Below, in pieces: positions 48,896 to 59,957 of a stretch of 64,000 nucleotides of DNA (the first letter of the stretch is position 1; each line of letters starts with the position of its first letter). The DNA comes from Felis catus (lineage: Eukaryota). The stretch covers positions 1,178,001-1,242,000 of the forward strand of contig NC_058383.1 in the NCBI RefSeq assembly GCF_018350175.1. Direction: 5' to 3'. The position numbers and the translations under genes are program-made. Under the pieces are notes generated by a model, which saw only the letters and a list, made by a program, of their open reading frames with translations, was not told where the DNA came from and ran no database searches.

Positions 48896-50042
48896 CGGCC
48901 TGGCCTCAGCGCCACACAGAGCCTTTTGTCTGCCTCGGCTTCCCCGGCCCCAGCGCTGGGGCCGGGCCCGTCTCTGGGTGCTGGGGTGTGCCCTGCGGGT
49001 GCCCACGACGGGGGGGGAGGGGGGCACGTCCCAGGATGTCCCGGCTTTCCGGCCCGCAGCCCAGCCCCGACCGGAGCCCCCCACGCGGGGGCTCCCAGTC
49101 CCAGAGGGGAAGGAAGGTGAGGGCCACCTCAGAAACGAAGGCAGGGCCCACACCTCCTCTCTCGGGCAGCCGCGCCCCATCCCGGCAGGCAGGTGGCCAG
49201 TGTGAGGCCCTTCCTTCCAGCCTGGACCCTCCTGGGGCGACGGGGACACTCCCGCTCCCCACGCCCCTCGCCGGGCCCTGCGCACCCCTCCAGCCTCGGC
49301 TCACCAACTCGCGAAGACCCCTGAGGCGGGGACGGTGTGGCCCCCCACCTGAGAGATGGCGATACAGGCCCAGAGTGCCCAGACCCCAGCACCGCCTCTC
49401 CCTCCCTCCCACCTTCCCTTCCTCTGTTTCCTTACGGGCCTGGCGCCGGAGCACGGCCTCTGGCTCACAGAGGCACCTGGGCAGCTTGCCCGGCTGCTCC
49501 AAGGCCCAGAGGCAGGAAAGCTGGAGGACAAGGGTCCAGGGGGCTGGGGCCCTGGCTGTGGTTCTGGAGGCCCCGAACGCCAGGATCAGATGGCCAGAAC
49601 TGCCTCCTGTGGGGAGGATGGAGATGGGACGGGTCAGGGTGGTGTGGAGGAAAGCCAGGCATTCTCCCCGGAGAAGGTGGCCGTAGCGAGTCCCTGCTCG
49701 GCCAGCCCTCTGTCCCTTGGCTCCTCGGGAGACCTCCCCATGGCCTTCACCTCGCCCAGCCTGCAGAAGGTGCGGAACTGGTTGCTTCCCAAGCTGGATA
49801 TGAGGCTGCCTCGGGGCTGGCATGCGTGGTGGGCGCCCGGATGAGGAGGTCCGAATCCAAGTGACGGGTGTTTTGAGGCAGGAGTAGCTGGTGAGGCTCC
49901 GGGCTGACTGTGAAATGAAGGCTGGGGTCTGAGTTCCTGGCATGCTCGGTAAAGGGGTCAGGCCCTGTGTCCCTCAGCCTTATGTGTGGGGAGACGGAGG
50001 TGCAGGGAGGACAGCCCTGGTTCAGACGGTGCCCGCACAGTG

Positions 50043-50660
50043 CAGTGGTGGCTCCTGGGGGTGAATTGCACCCCCAGAAGATATACCCAGGTCCTGACCC
50101 TGGCACCCGCGAACGTTCTGAGTCCTCACCCCAAAACCCGAAAGCCTCCCGTGTCCTGACCCTGGGACACACGAACCTCCCGTGTCCTGACCCTGGGACC
50201 GCAAACGTTCTGATCCCAAAACCCAGAAGCCTCCTACGTCCTGACCCTGGAGCCCAGGAACGTTCTGAGTCCTGACCCTGGGACCCGCGAACCTGACCTT
50301 ACTTGGAAGGAGGGACTCTGCAGACATGATGGTTAAGTTGAGGTCACGCTGGGGCAGGGAGGGCCGCAGTCCAGGGACTAGTGTCCTCACAGAAGAGGGA
50401 ACACGGACACACACGCAGGGAGGAGGCCACGTGGCCACGGAGGCAGAGGTTGGGGTGACGGGGCCACTGGCCCAGGATCGCCCAGGATTGCCGGCGGCCA
50501 CCAGGAGCTGGACGAGGCGGGAAGGACCCTCCCCTGGAGCCCTGGGAGGGAGCGCGGCCCTGACACCTTGAGTTCGGACCTCTGGCCTTGGAACTGGCAG
50601 AGGGTCAGTGTCACTTGTCTGAAGCGCCCAAGCTGGCGCTCTGTTATGGCATCCTGGCCC
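50043..50660 (+). mobile_element. MLT1B/C-like (ERVL-MaLR) LTR with internal 31-bp tandem amplification
   Basis: tgaattgcacccccagaagatat...gaccttacttggaag...ggccacgtggccacggaggcagaggttggggtga...ccctgacaccttgagttcggacctctggcct...tgttatggca. Confidence 0.88.
50091..50292 (+). repeat. 31-bp minisatellite within the MLT1 LTR
   Basis: gtcctgaccctggga...aac units at 50091, 50122, 50153, 50184, about 50214 (truncated), 50238 and 50269. Confidence 0.9.
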
Positions 50661-52084
50661 CAGGGATGCGGGTCCCGGCTGCCTGTCCTCGCCCCTTCCT
50701 GTCTGCCCCATGGCGGCTCTGGGGTTGCTGAGAGTACCGGCTCTCTGGGGGGCAGGCAGCATGTCCCTGCCGGGCCTGGGCTCAGCCCAGCTTCTGGGGC
50801 TTTCCGCCTCAGGGCTGTACATCAGGGCCAGGAGGCTGTGAGGTGCTGGACCTTTCCAGGAGGCACTGAGATCAGGAGGCGCTGGGATCCAGGAAGGGAC
50901 GGCGTTCTGAGTCCTTCCCGAGTCCTGCCACACCTGGGACGTGGGCCCAGGAGGGACCAGGGAGGGTGGCAGTGCAGTCGTGCAGAGGAGGCCCTGGGGA
51001 ATCACAGAGCAGGAGGCGAGGGGGCTCCTGGGAGCAGCGTTGGACCCGTCTTCTCCACACCCTCCTCTGGGCCAGGGGAGGGCTGTGGTGGCCACTGAAC
51101 TACCTCCCAGAGTGGACTGCGGGAGCATCCACATCTGTGCCCGGGAGTGGCCTTCTGGCCACAGAAAGTCCCTGCTCCATACCTCCCCCCGCATCCTGGA
51201 CACTCCTGTGGGAAGGAAGGTGTGTGTGTGCACACGTGCACAGTCTGGAAGTGAGGTTCTGTCTCTGTGATGTCTTCAGTGAGTGCGAGACACGGTCTCC
51301 GACCTCTGGGACATTCACCTGGCCTTTCCTCTGCGTGCATCATTCTCTGAGCAGCGACCAGTGTCCAGCCTGGGGGGAGCGGGGTGCCACAGGGCCGTGC
51401 CCGGGGGAGCACACGAGCCAGGTGGGGAGACGGGCCGTACCCAGATGGACGAGGTACACTGTGAGCAGAGCCACGGAGGAGGAGGGCCGTGTCCAGAGGT
51501 GCGGGTGTGTGCATGTGCAGATGTGTGTGCAGCACGGTGGGCGGGGCGCCTCGAGCCCAGGCCGCCTGCCTCATCGAGCCAGCCCTGGGAGGCATCGGCC
51601 GCCTGAGACCAGCCCGGATTCTAGGGGAGCCGACGGACACCCCTCCACGAGAGGCATATCAAAAGAGCTGGGGGGCCGTGTTTTAAAACCACCGTACCTG
51701 ACACAGATTCTCCAGAAAAATCACTCTGGCTGGGAGGCCTGCTGGCTGTGCCCCTCCGAGCACAAAGAAACAGCCGGAGCAGCACAGCGTGGCCTGGGGG
51801 AGAGGGAGGCGTCCTGCGGGCAGTGGTCAGCGCCAGGAGGCGGCACCGGGTCCCCCGAGGTCAGCCAGCAGAGGGCCTCCGGGCCGGGCCGGGCACAGGG
51901 CTCCCTGCAGCGAGGGCAGTGGCAGAGCTGAGAAGGCCACACTCAGAAGGCCACCCTGGACCTCACGCCCAGTCCCGCTTCCCGTCCGACCCCCGGGCGG
52001 CTGAGACCCTGGGGGCGCGCGCGTGGGGCTCCGACAGCCAGTATCCCGCGGGCGCCAGAGCCAGCGCCGCCTCCCACCCGCGCG

Positions 52085-52255
52085 CCTGTTTACGAAGCGA
52101 AGGGTAAGTGTTTAATTAGCCGCCTAATTGCCTGGGTAATTGGGAGGCGCACTCAGCTCTCCAAGTAATCAGTCGGAACAGGCCTCGAAAATATCTGGCC
52201 CAATATTCATTAGTGCGGTTCAATCGTTAAACAGCACCGTGTTTGGTTCATGACA
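52085..52255. promoter_or_regulatory. Candidate conserved non-coding element next to a CpG-rich patch
   Basis: TGTTTAC, then ttaattag, ctaattg, gtaattg, gtaatc and cattag within 130 bp. Confidence 0.55.
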
Positions 52256-53712
52256 AGGCCCGGCAAACAGCTGCGCGCCCTGCGGCCGCCCGCCAGCCCT
52301 GGCTGGGCAGGCCGCCCCGCGAAGACTGACGGACAGACAGACGGCCACTGCTGGGGCACAGACTCCCGCCCTTCGGGGCCTCTGCCCACCCCTCCTGCCC
52401 CCTGGAGCCAAAGGGGGTCCTTCGGTCAGCGAGGCCAGGCTCCTCCTGCCCTCCCTCAGCCCCAGAGAGCCCGGCGGCTGGGATTCCGGGGCAGGGGACG
52501 AGCAGAAAGGGCTCGGTGCTCAGGGTCGGCCGTGGGGCTGGGTCCCCGGCAGTGGAGGGGGTGCGGCTGGGGCGTGTACCCCTGCAGAACAGGGCTGTGG
52601 CCCATCAGCAGCAACTTGCACACGCGCAGCTGGGCAAGGGGAGGTTTGCACGCGTGCCCGTTTGACAGGCGGGGAAACGGAGGCCAGAAAGGCAAAGCAG
52701 GCTGGAGCGGAGGCCGACCCCCGCCATCGACAGCCCCTGGGGTCCTCGGCAGGCGGGCACAGCCCGTCTGGTCCCTTCCCAGAGCCTCGCCTCCCCGTCA
52801 GGAGGTCGGCCGTCAGTGGAAGAGGCTGCTGACGGGGCCCGGGAGTCAGCTGGAGCCAGTCCACGTGATGACGTCTGCTGCTGTGACTGGAGGCCCGCCT
52901 GCCGCCCCGATACTGCTCACACACAGTCACTCGCTCACTCACGTCGTCGGCAACTGATCCCCAGGTGCCCTCCCCACGCCAGGCTCCTACCCCCCCCCCC
53001 ACCCCGCGCGACTCCCTCAGGGCACATCGGGGTGCGGGGTGGGGGGCGTGCTCTGAGGGTCTTTACGGAGCAAGTGGAACCACGCTGGGGCCAGGACCTG
53101 AAGGAGGGGGCAGAGCCAACCAGGCGGAGAGGGCAGGGCAGAGCATTCCCAGTGAGTGGAAGAGCCAGTGCAAAGTCCCTGAGGCAGGAGAGAAGGCAGG
53201 AGAGCTTGGAGCCTCAGCGAGTGGAGGGTGGGGTGTGGACACGAGCGAGGGGTGGGGTGGGAGCCCCACATGCAGGGTGTTGCAACAGAGGCTTCCTCCT
53301 CCGAGTTGTTGGGGTCACCGACGAGGCTGAGAGGAGACAATGAGTGACACTAGGTGGTGGACGTTTTAAAGGACCCTTCGTGAGGGGCTTGGGCAGCTGT
53401 CCGGGCGAGAGACAGGGGCGCTGTGGACTGGGCGGGGGTGGGGGCACCGCGAACCCCTTCACCCCCAGGCTCCACCCTTCTCTGACTGCTCTGGGCCCCG
53501 GGAGGGGAGCTGGCTCCACTGCAGGCTCTCGCTCTCCGCTTTGGGGCCCGAGACGGGAGAGGGAGGGGAGGGGCGTGTTCCTCAGCTCAGGCTGCTCTTC
53601 CTCTGGAGGCCTCAGCCCTCCCCACTGCTCCGGGCCCAGGCACCTGCCTGCCAACCCCAGCAAGCCTCCAAGTGCCCAGTCATGCCCACACCTTTGAGAA
53701 TAGACCCCTTTT

Positions 53713-53939
53713 TGTTGTTAATTTATTTTTGTAACATTTTTATTTAATTTTGAGAGACGGAGCACAAGCAGGGGAGGGGCAGAGAGAGAGAGAGAGAGAG
53801 GTAGACACAGAATCCGAAGCAGCTCCAGGCTCCGAGCCGTCGGCACAGAGCCCCATGTGGGGCTCGAACCCATGAACCCATGAGATCACGACCTGAGCGA
53901 ACGTCAGAGGCTCAACCGACCGAGCCACCCGGGCGCCCC
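53713..53939 (-). mobile_element. Can-SINE (SINEC_Fc-like)
   Basis: T-rich tail, (GA)n, gacacagaatccgaagcagctccaggctccgagc...gagccacccgggcgcccc. Confidence 0.95.
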
Positions 53940-54482
53940 AACAACAGACCTCCTCTTGGTGTCCTTCCCCAGTGTCGTGCCGGCCCTTGGTGACGGCGCA
54001 CGCTCACCAGCATTGCCGCGCCTGAATCCGGCACGACTGGTCACTTGAGGCTCTTGAAGTGCAGACGGGAAGACTGCACTGACGGCAGGGAGCACCGAGG
54101 CGCGCACCGGAAACCAACGTAGCGCCACGTGCTCGTAATGCCTCCCAACGAGAGTACAGCCAGGTCGCCTCGTAGGCCTCGTAGAGGGTGTGCAGCAAGA
54201 GCTGGACGGAGACCGGCGAGCCCGGCTGGGATCCCGGCCCCTCTGTGCAACCTCGGGCAGGCCACTCACCCTCTCTGAGCCTCGACTGCTCGTCCGGAGA
54301 ACGGGAAATACGCCCACTGGCGGGACTGTCGTGGGGATCGCGAGCGGGGCACCGAATAACGGGAACGGACTGATTTGGGGGATGGTCATGTGAACAGCAG
54401 CGTGGGCGGTACCCCCATCTGCGCAGGCCTGGCCTTGGTCTTCACAAACGTCACCTTCTTTGACCCGATCCTCCAGCCGTCC

Positions 54483-54860
54483 TTTTTTTTTTTTTTTAAC
54501 GGAGGTAGAATTGATGTAACAAAACGAACCACTAACCATTTTAAAGCGGACAATTCAGTGGCATTTATATGTTTACAGCGTTGTACCAGCACCGCCAGCC
54601 CCCAGTTCCCACCCGCGAGGGAGGCCCCGTGCCCGTTCGCGGTCACTCCCCACTCTGCTCCCCCGGCCCCCGCGGCCCCCGGTCTGCATTCTGTCTCTGG
54701 ATTGGCTCTGGCTGTGCCGCGTGAAGGGCGCCACGCGGCCCCCGGTCTGGCGTGTCGCTTGCCTCCCTGAGCCCCGCGCCCTCGAGCTCCGTCCCCGCGG
54801 GAGCGGGAGCCAGCGTTGCCTTCCTTCGTGTGGCAGCGCGGAGCTCCGCTGCGCGCCATC
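54483..54860 (-). mobile_element. L1MB-like 3' end with poly-T tail, extremely GC-shifted
   Basis: T tract, then aaccattttaaagcggacaattcagtggcattta...gtcactccccactc...ttctgtctctggatt. Confidence 0.75.
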
Positions 54861-55259
54861 AGCTGCCTTCGGAGGTGTTTTCGTGGGCGTCAGAAAGGGT
54901 TCTCTTGTCTCCTGAGCTCGCGGGGTCAGGACAGGAGGTCCTGGAAGGGCCCGGATTCGCCCTCTTCTCCCTCTACGCCTCCCCCTCCAGATCCTACCTT
55001 TACTTAACGCTCAGCTATTTTGCTCATCGTGGCTTTTTCCGTTCGTTTTTATTGACTTTTTAATTAAAAACAATTGAAATTTGCAAAGTTTAATTAAACT
55101 TTTAATTTGGAGATAATTGTAGACTCACGTGCAGTTTCGGGAAATGACACGGTGTGCCCTCTGCCCGGTTCTCCTCGTGGCCCACATCCTGCCGTGGCCG
55201 CCACGTGGAACGCTGACGCCCTTCCCCTCTTCCGCATGAGAACCGTACCCTTGCTGTCC

Positions 55260-55793
55260 TAGTAAGAATACCCCGTGTTTACCCGCGTACTTTCTGGCCC
55301 CGTGCCTGGTTCCGGTCCTCCTCTTGCTGGAAGCTCAGGCCTGGCTGCGACGAATTCTTCCAGCTTCTGTCCGAAAACGTCTTTACTCCCCTTTGTTTGG
55401 AAGCCATCTCTGCTGGGTACAGAATTCCGGATTGGCGGCTGGCTCGGCGTCCGGGCGATGTTGCCGCACTGACCTCCTTGCTGTGCGATTCCCAGGTGAA
55501 GTCGGCTGACTCTTTGCTCCTTACGCCTCAGGACACCTGCCCTTCTTCTCCGCGCCCTCAGGACTGACTCTGTCATGGCCTTTGAGCAGTTGGACCGTGA
55601 CGTGCCTTGTGGTAGTTTCCCTCGTGTTTCTTAAGCTCAGGGCACGTTGAACTTTTATCTCTGCGTTCATAACTTTCCTCAGATTTGGTAAGTTTTTAGC
55701 CAGAGTTCTTCAAATAGCTTTTCTTTTTTATTTCACTGTATTTTATTTTATCTTATTTTTGTTTAGAGAGTGCAAACATGAGCAGGGGAGGGG

Positions 55794-55844
<51 letters not shown>

Positions 55845-57060
55845 CCAAGCAGGCTCCAGGCTCAGCTCAGAGCCCAAGGCAGGGCTCCATCCCATGACCC
55901 TGGGATCATGGCCTGAGCCGAAATCAACAGTCGGACGCCCCTCAAACAGCTTTTCCGTGCTTCCTCTCTTCCTTCGGGGCCCCAGCTGCACACACATTGG
56001 GTCGTCCGCAAGTCAGGCAACCACCATTTTCATTAAAAAGAAAAAAAAATTGCTTGCTTTCCACTCTGGAGAGTTCTCACGACGGCACCTTCGAGGTCAC
56101 TAATCTTTCCCTCTCCCGCGTCTGATCTGTTGGCGATGCCGTCGGTGAGTTTTCCATCTGAGACATGGTTTTCGAGACTGGTCCTTTGTTTCCATAGTTT
56201 CCGTGTCTCCGCTTCACTTTTCAGACGCACGGAGAGCAGTTGTTTAACTGGTGTAACCTCCTTTTCTGTGCCTTCCAGCATCTGGGTCAGTTCTGGGTCG
56301 GTGTTAATTAATCGAGTATTATCCTCGCAGTGGGTCCTGTTTTTCTGCTTCTCTTCATGCCTGATAATCTTTGATTGGATGCCAGACATTGTGAGTTTTG
56401 CCGTTTTGATTGCGAAACGTTTTCGTACCTCTGTAAATACACTTGACCTGCGTTTTGGGGATGCCGTTCTGTCCCGGGGAAACAGCCTCACTGTCATTGC
56501 TGACTGTGCGTCCAGAGTGTTCTCCGTCTGTCCTGCTGACTCCTCACTACCGAGGCGAGACCTTCCTGAACGTTCTTCCCAAGGCCCTGTGAATGATGGG
56601 TTTTTCTGTCGTGAGTCTGGCTGCCCAGAGGAGGCACTGGCATTGTTCTCTTGTTCCTTCAGATGGTTCTTTCCCGGGCCTGGGACACTGTCCTCGCCGT
56701 CACGCCGTAATCAGCACCCTTTCGGATACTCGAAGGGATCTTCCGCAGACGCCCAGGGTGCTCTCTCTCTGTGCGGGTCTCTCCTCAGTCCCCCCAGACC
56801 CTGAGTTCTGTCTCTTCGGCTCGGGGAGTGGGTTCCCCCTTCCTGCCTCGTGGTCTAGAAATCCTCTCAATGGCAGGGCTGCCTCTGTTTCTTCTTCATC
56901 TCTCTGGAATCTCTGCCCTTCGCTGCCTGATGTCCGATGTCTTCACGGTTATCATTTCTCACATTTTGTCCGTTTTTTTTTTTTTTTTTTTCCTCACGAA
57001 TAGTTGTTTCAGATGGGAACATTAATCTAGTCCCTGTTACTGGGTCTTGGATGGAAGTGG
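55260..57060 (-). mobile_element. Ancient L1M 5' region and decayed ORF1
   Basis: Minus-strand translations MSGIQSKIIRHEEKQKN..TDPELTQMLE..DGIANRSDAGEGKISDLE (ATG at 56389) and QKLEEFVAARPEL resemble the L1 ORF1p N-terminal/coiled-coil region and C-terminus; frameshifted and split by a SINE. Confidence 0.8.
55724..55941 (-). mobile_element. Can-SINE (older feliform type) lacking the A-box region
   Basis: Long (GA)n, ccctgggatcatggcctgagccgaaatcaacagtcggacgcccc; TSD tcaaatagcttttc (55710) / tcaaacagcttttc (55942). Confidence 0.93.
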
Positions 57061-57362
57061 AAATCCTCAGACAGTTTTTGGAGGCTGAGGGCAGAAAACT
57101 CAGAGCCCAGACTTGAATCCTGGCGATGACATCTGAGCCCTGGATCAAACCATGCCTGAACCCGGAGATCTAGTCCAGACAGTTCAGCTCTAGGAGGCAA
57201 CAAATTCTCTCTTCTGTTTCACGCACCTGGGCCGGGTTTTTCTGCCCCCGACTACCCCTGGCTCCCTGTCTGACTGTTGCTCCCTGAAGGTGAGAGTCGT
57301 AGGGAGCACAAGACTAGCGCAGCCTGGGACACGTGTGGGGGACTGAGTGAGCTTGATGTGCT

Positions 57363-57521
57363 TCTTTAAGGTTTATTTCTGTATTTTGAGAGGGAGACAG
57401 AGAGCGGAGACAGAGAATCCCAAGCAGGCTCCATGCTGTCAGTGCAGAGCCCGATACGTGAGATCATGACCTGAGCCAAAATCAAGAGTCGGACGCTTAG
57501 CCACCGAGCCACCCAGGCATC
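57363..57521 (-). mobile_element. Can-SINE (older type, internally shortened)
   Basis: gagaatcccaagcaggctccatgctgtcagtgcagagccc...gagatcatgacctgagccaaaatcaagagtcggacgcttagccaccgagccacccaggc. Confidence 0.92.
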
Positions 57522-58064
57522 TTGGGTTTCACACTTTTGAAAACCCACCCTGACCGGGTGAGGAACGTGGGCTGGAAATCCTGTCAATGGCAGGGCTGCC
57601 TTTGTTTCTTCCCCACGTTCCCCACTCTCAATCCTCCAAAAGTTTCTGAAAACACTTGAAATAAAGCCCAGAGTCCTTAGCATGGCCTGGCACCGCTAGG
57701 CCTCTGTCTGTCATTCCCCTCTTCGGCCTCATTCCCCTGCTCTGGCCCTGTAGTCGGCCAACCCATTCCCACCCCAGGGCCTTTGCACCTGCCGTGCCGG
57801 CTGCCTGGGCTGCTTTCCGGTGGGTATCTGCACAGTTCCACAATGCACCTCGTGTGCCCCAGGACCCCCAGTAAACTAGTGCCTTGCCCTGGCTGGGGTG
57901 GCCCCTCAGGGGCTCCCGTGACCCCCAGAACTTCCAGCACAAGGCCCTCCTGTCAGCCCACCTCTCCCAGACAGAGTGGGGGTGGGGCCCAGTCCCAGAC
58001 CTCCAAACTGCTCTCTCCTGCACAATATCTCCTTCCAGCAGAGAGGATGGGTGGGGGAGAGAGA

Positions 58065-58230
58065 AGAAAAATAATTACTTCTCAGCCTCTAACCTTTCCG
58101 GCAAGTGACTCGGTAATAAATAATCCCCACGTCCCTCCAGTGCGGTCCATCAGCAGGAGTTCCTAATTACTCCAGACTCACTTTGAAACCACTTCCAGTC
58201 CCACTTTCAAATAAATAAAAAATTAGCGTG
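58065..58230. promoter_or_regulatory. Candidate conserved element
   Basis: ataattac, taataaataatcc, ctaattac, ctttgaa, aaataaataaaaattag. Confidence 0.4.
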
Positions 58231-58979
58231 GACCGGAGCAGAGACCCAGAGGCAGGGCCCTCCACCACCTCCCGTGGGTGTGCCCGGAGCCGGGTTGGGG
58301 TGGCGCCACGGGGACGTCCCCGCCCCACGGCCGGCCCCGAGCCCACGGTCAGGGGAGCTGCTGGCTGCCCATCACATCTCTGATGCTGGGCCCGGGACCC
58401 CCTGTCACATTGCGGGCCACTGCCCGGGCCCTCCTGGGGGCCTGCGGCACTGCGGTCCTGGCCCTGGGCCCCCGGCCCGGCACGGGGGCGGGTGTGCCAG
58501 CCACGGCCCCTCCACCCCGGTCCGCTTGGGCGAGCGCCCCCGCCTGGGCCTCGGGTGTGTCCTCCGTAAATAAGGCTTCTCCGACAGCGACCAGATGGTG
58601 GACAGAGAGGGAGACCAGGCCCTGCCTCGCCAGCCGCGCCCGGCCACCTCCACTCGGTCGCATCGAGGTCCGCTCCCCCTCGGCTCCCTGGTTGTCCTGA
58701 GCTGCGGGACAGGAGGGAGCCCCCGGCTGGCCCCACCTGCCGGACACGGGAGGGCCGACCGCCGCGGGGGCCGCCGACATGGACACCGGGAAGGCACGCG
58801 GGGAGCAGAAAGTCCTGGGTGCTGGGCGGCGGGGGACAGCGGGGACAGGACCCACCGCCCACCTCCTCCAGGTGTTGTGAGCTGAGGTGAGGGTCTGGAG
58901 AGGGTGCGGCCCGGACGCCGGGAGGGTGCGGAGGGCAGCTAGGGGTGTGCGGGGCCCCTCAGCCAGACCCTCCACGGGA

Positions 58980-59100
58980 GGATTAATTAAACCCTCTCAC
59001 TCTGGCGAGCGATTTCTGCTGACCTCGCCAGGCCGATGCATATTTAATTAGCCTTTGGGAGGAAGGGAGGCACTCGTTAACCTACTCTGTCAATCTGTCC
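58980..59100. promoter_or_regulatory. Candidate conserved element with POU-type site
   Basis: ggattaattaaa, atgcatatttaattag, ctgtcaat. Confidence 0.45.
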
Positions 59101-59660
59101 GCATCAGGTCTCGGACAGACAGCATTCTAGGGAGCAGCTCCGGGGTCTCCTGGACGGGGGCGGGCCCCCCGGGCCCCAGAGCCAGGAATGGTGTGTCCCC
59201 TCCTGCATTACGACTGGGTGTGGGGGCCGCCCTGGCCAAGGCCTCTTAGCCTGAGTTGGGGTGAACAGGGCACGGAGGGTGGAGGGCGCCCTTCACGAGG
59301 CGGGCCAGTGCCCTGAGCACCATCACCACATCTACTCCAGCAACCCTGCCACTCAGGGCCCCCCCCCACCCCGAGGCCTGGTGCTGACTCGTGGGGGAGG
59401 AGCTTGGGGGACCCGGGATTTGGGGGCGGCTCTGTGAGTGGTTGGGGATTGGGCCGGGAGGGCCATGCTGCCACAGGAAGTGCTACCAGACCAAGTGCAC
59501 AACCTGGGCCACCACACCTGGCAGCCACCTCTCAGCCCCGGGCTGGTGGTACCCTCTGGGGGTCTGCCGGCCATCTACAAGGAGCCAGGAAAGTGAGTTT
59601 AGGTGAACTCTCCTGGTCTTTCAATTTGATAACAGACCCCACATTCTAAAAGGCTAAGCG

Positions 59661-59814
59661 AGGGCGCCTGGCTGGCTCAGTTGGCTAAGTGTCCCGGTTC
59701 TTGATTTTGGCTCAGGTCATGATCTTAATGACTGTGAGATCAAGCCCGGCATCGGGCTCAGCACAGGGCCTGCTTGGGACTCAATCTCTCTCTCTCTGTC
59801 CCTCCCCCGCTCAT

Positions 59815-59862
<48 letters not shown>

Positions 59863-59957
59863 AAAATAAATAAATAAATAAAAACTTAAAAAAAACACTT
59901 TAAAAAGTGCTTTAAAAAGACTTTAAAAATATTTAAAAATAGAAAAGTAAAACTAAA
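59661..59957 (+). mobile_element. Can-SINE (older type) with long patterned A-tail
   Basis: gggcgcctggctggctcag...cttgattttggctcaggtcatgatc, long (TC)n; degenerate TSD taaaaggctaagcgag / taagaagctaggtgag. Confidence 0.94.

Noticed and set aside
50091..50292. CRISPR-like look of ~31-bp repeated units (also 44626-44830)
   Set aside because: Units are tandem without unique spacers, there are no cas genes, and the DNA is mammalian
4732..59957. tRNA-like A/B-box sequences (ggctcagtcggtt, gttcgagccc)
   Set aside because: They are heads of tRNA-derived Can-SINEs, followed by CT tracts and poly-A, not tRNA genes
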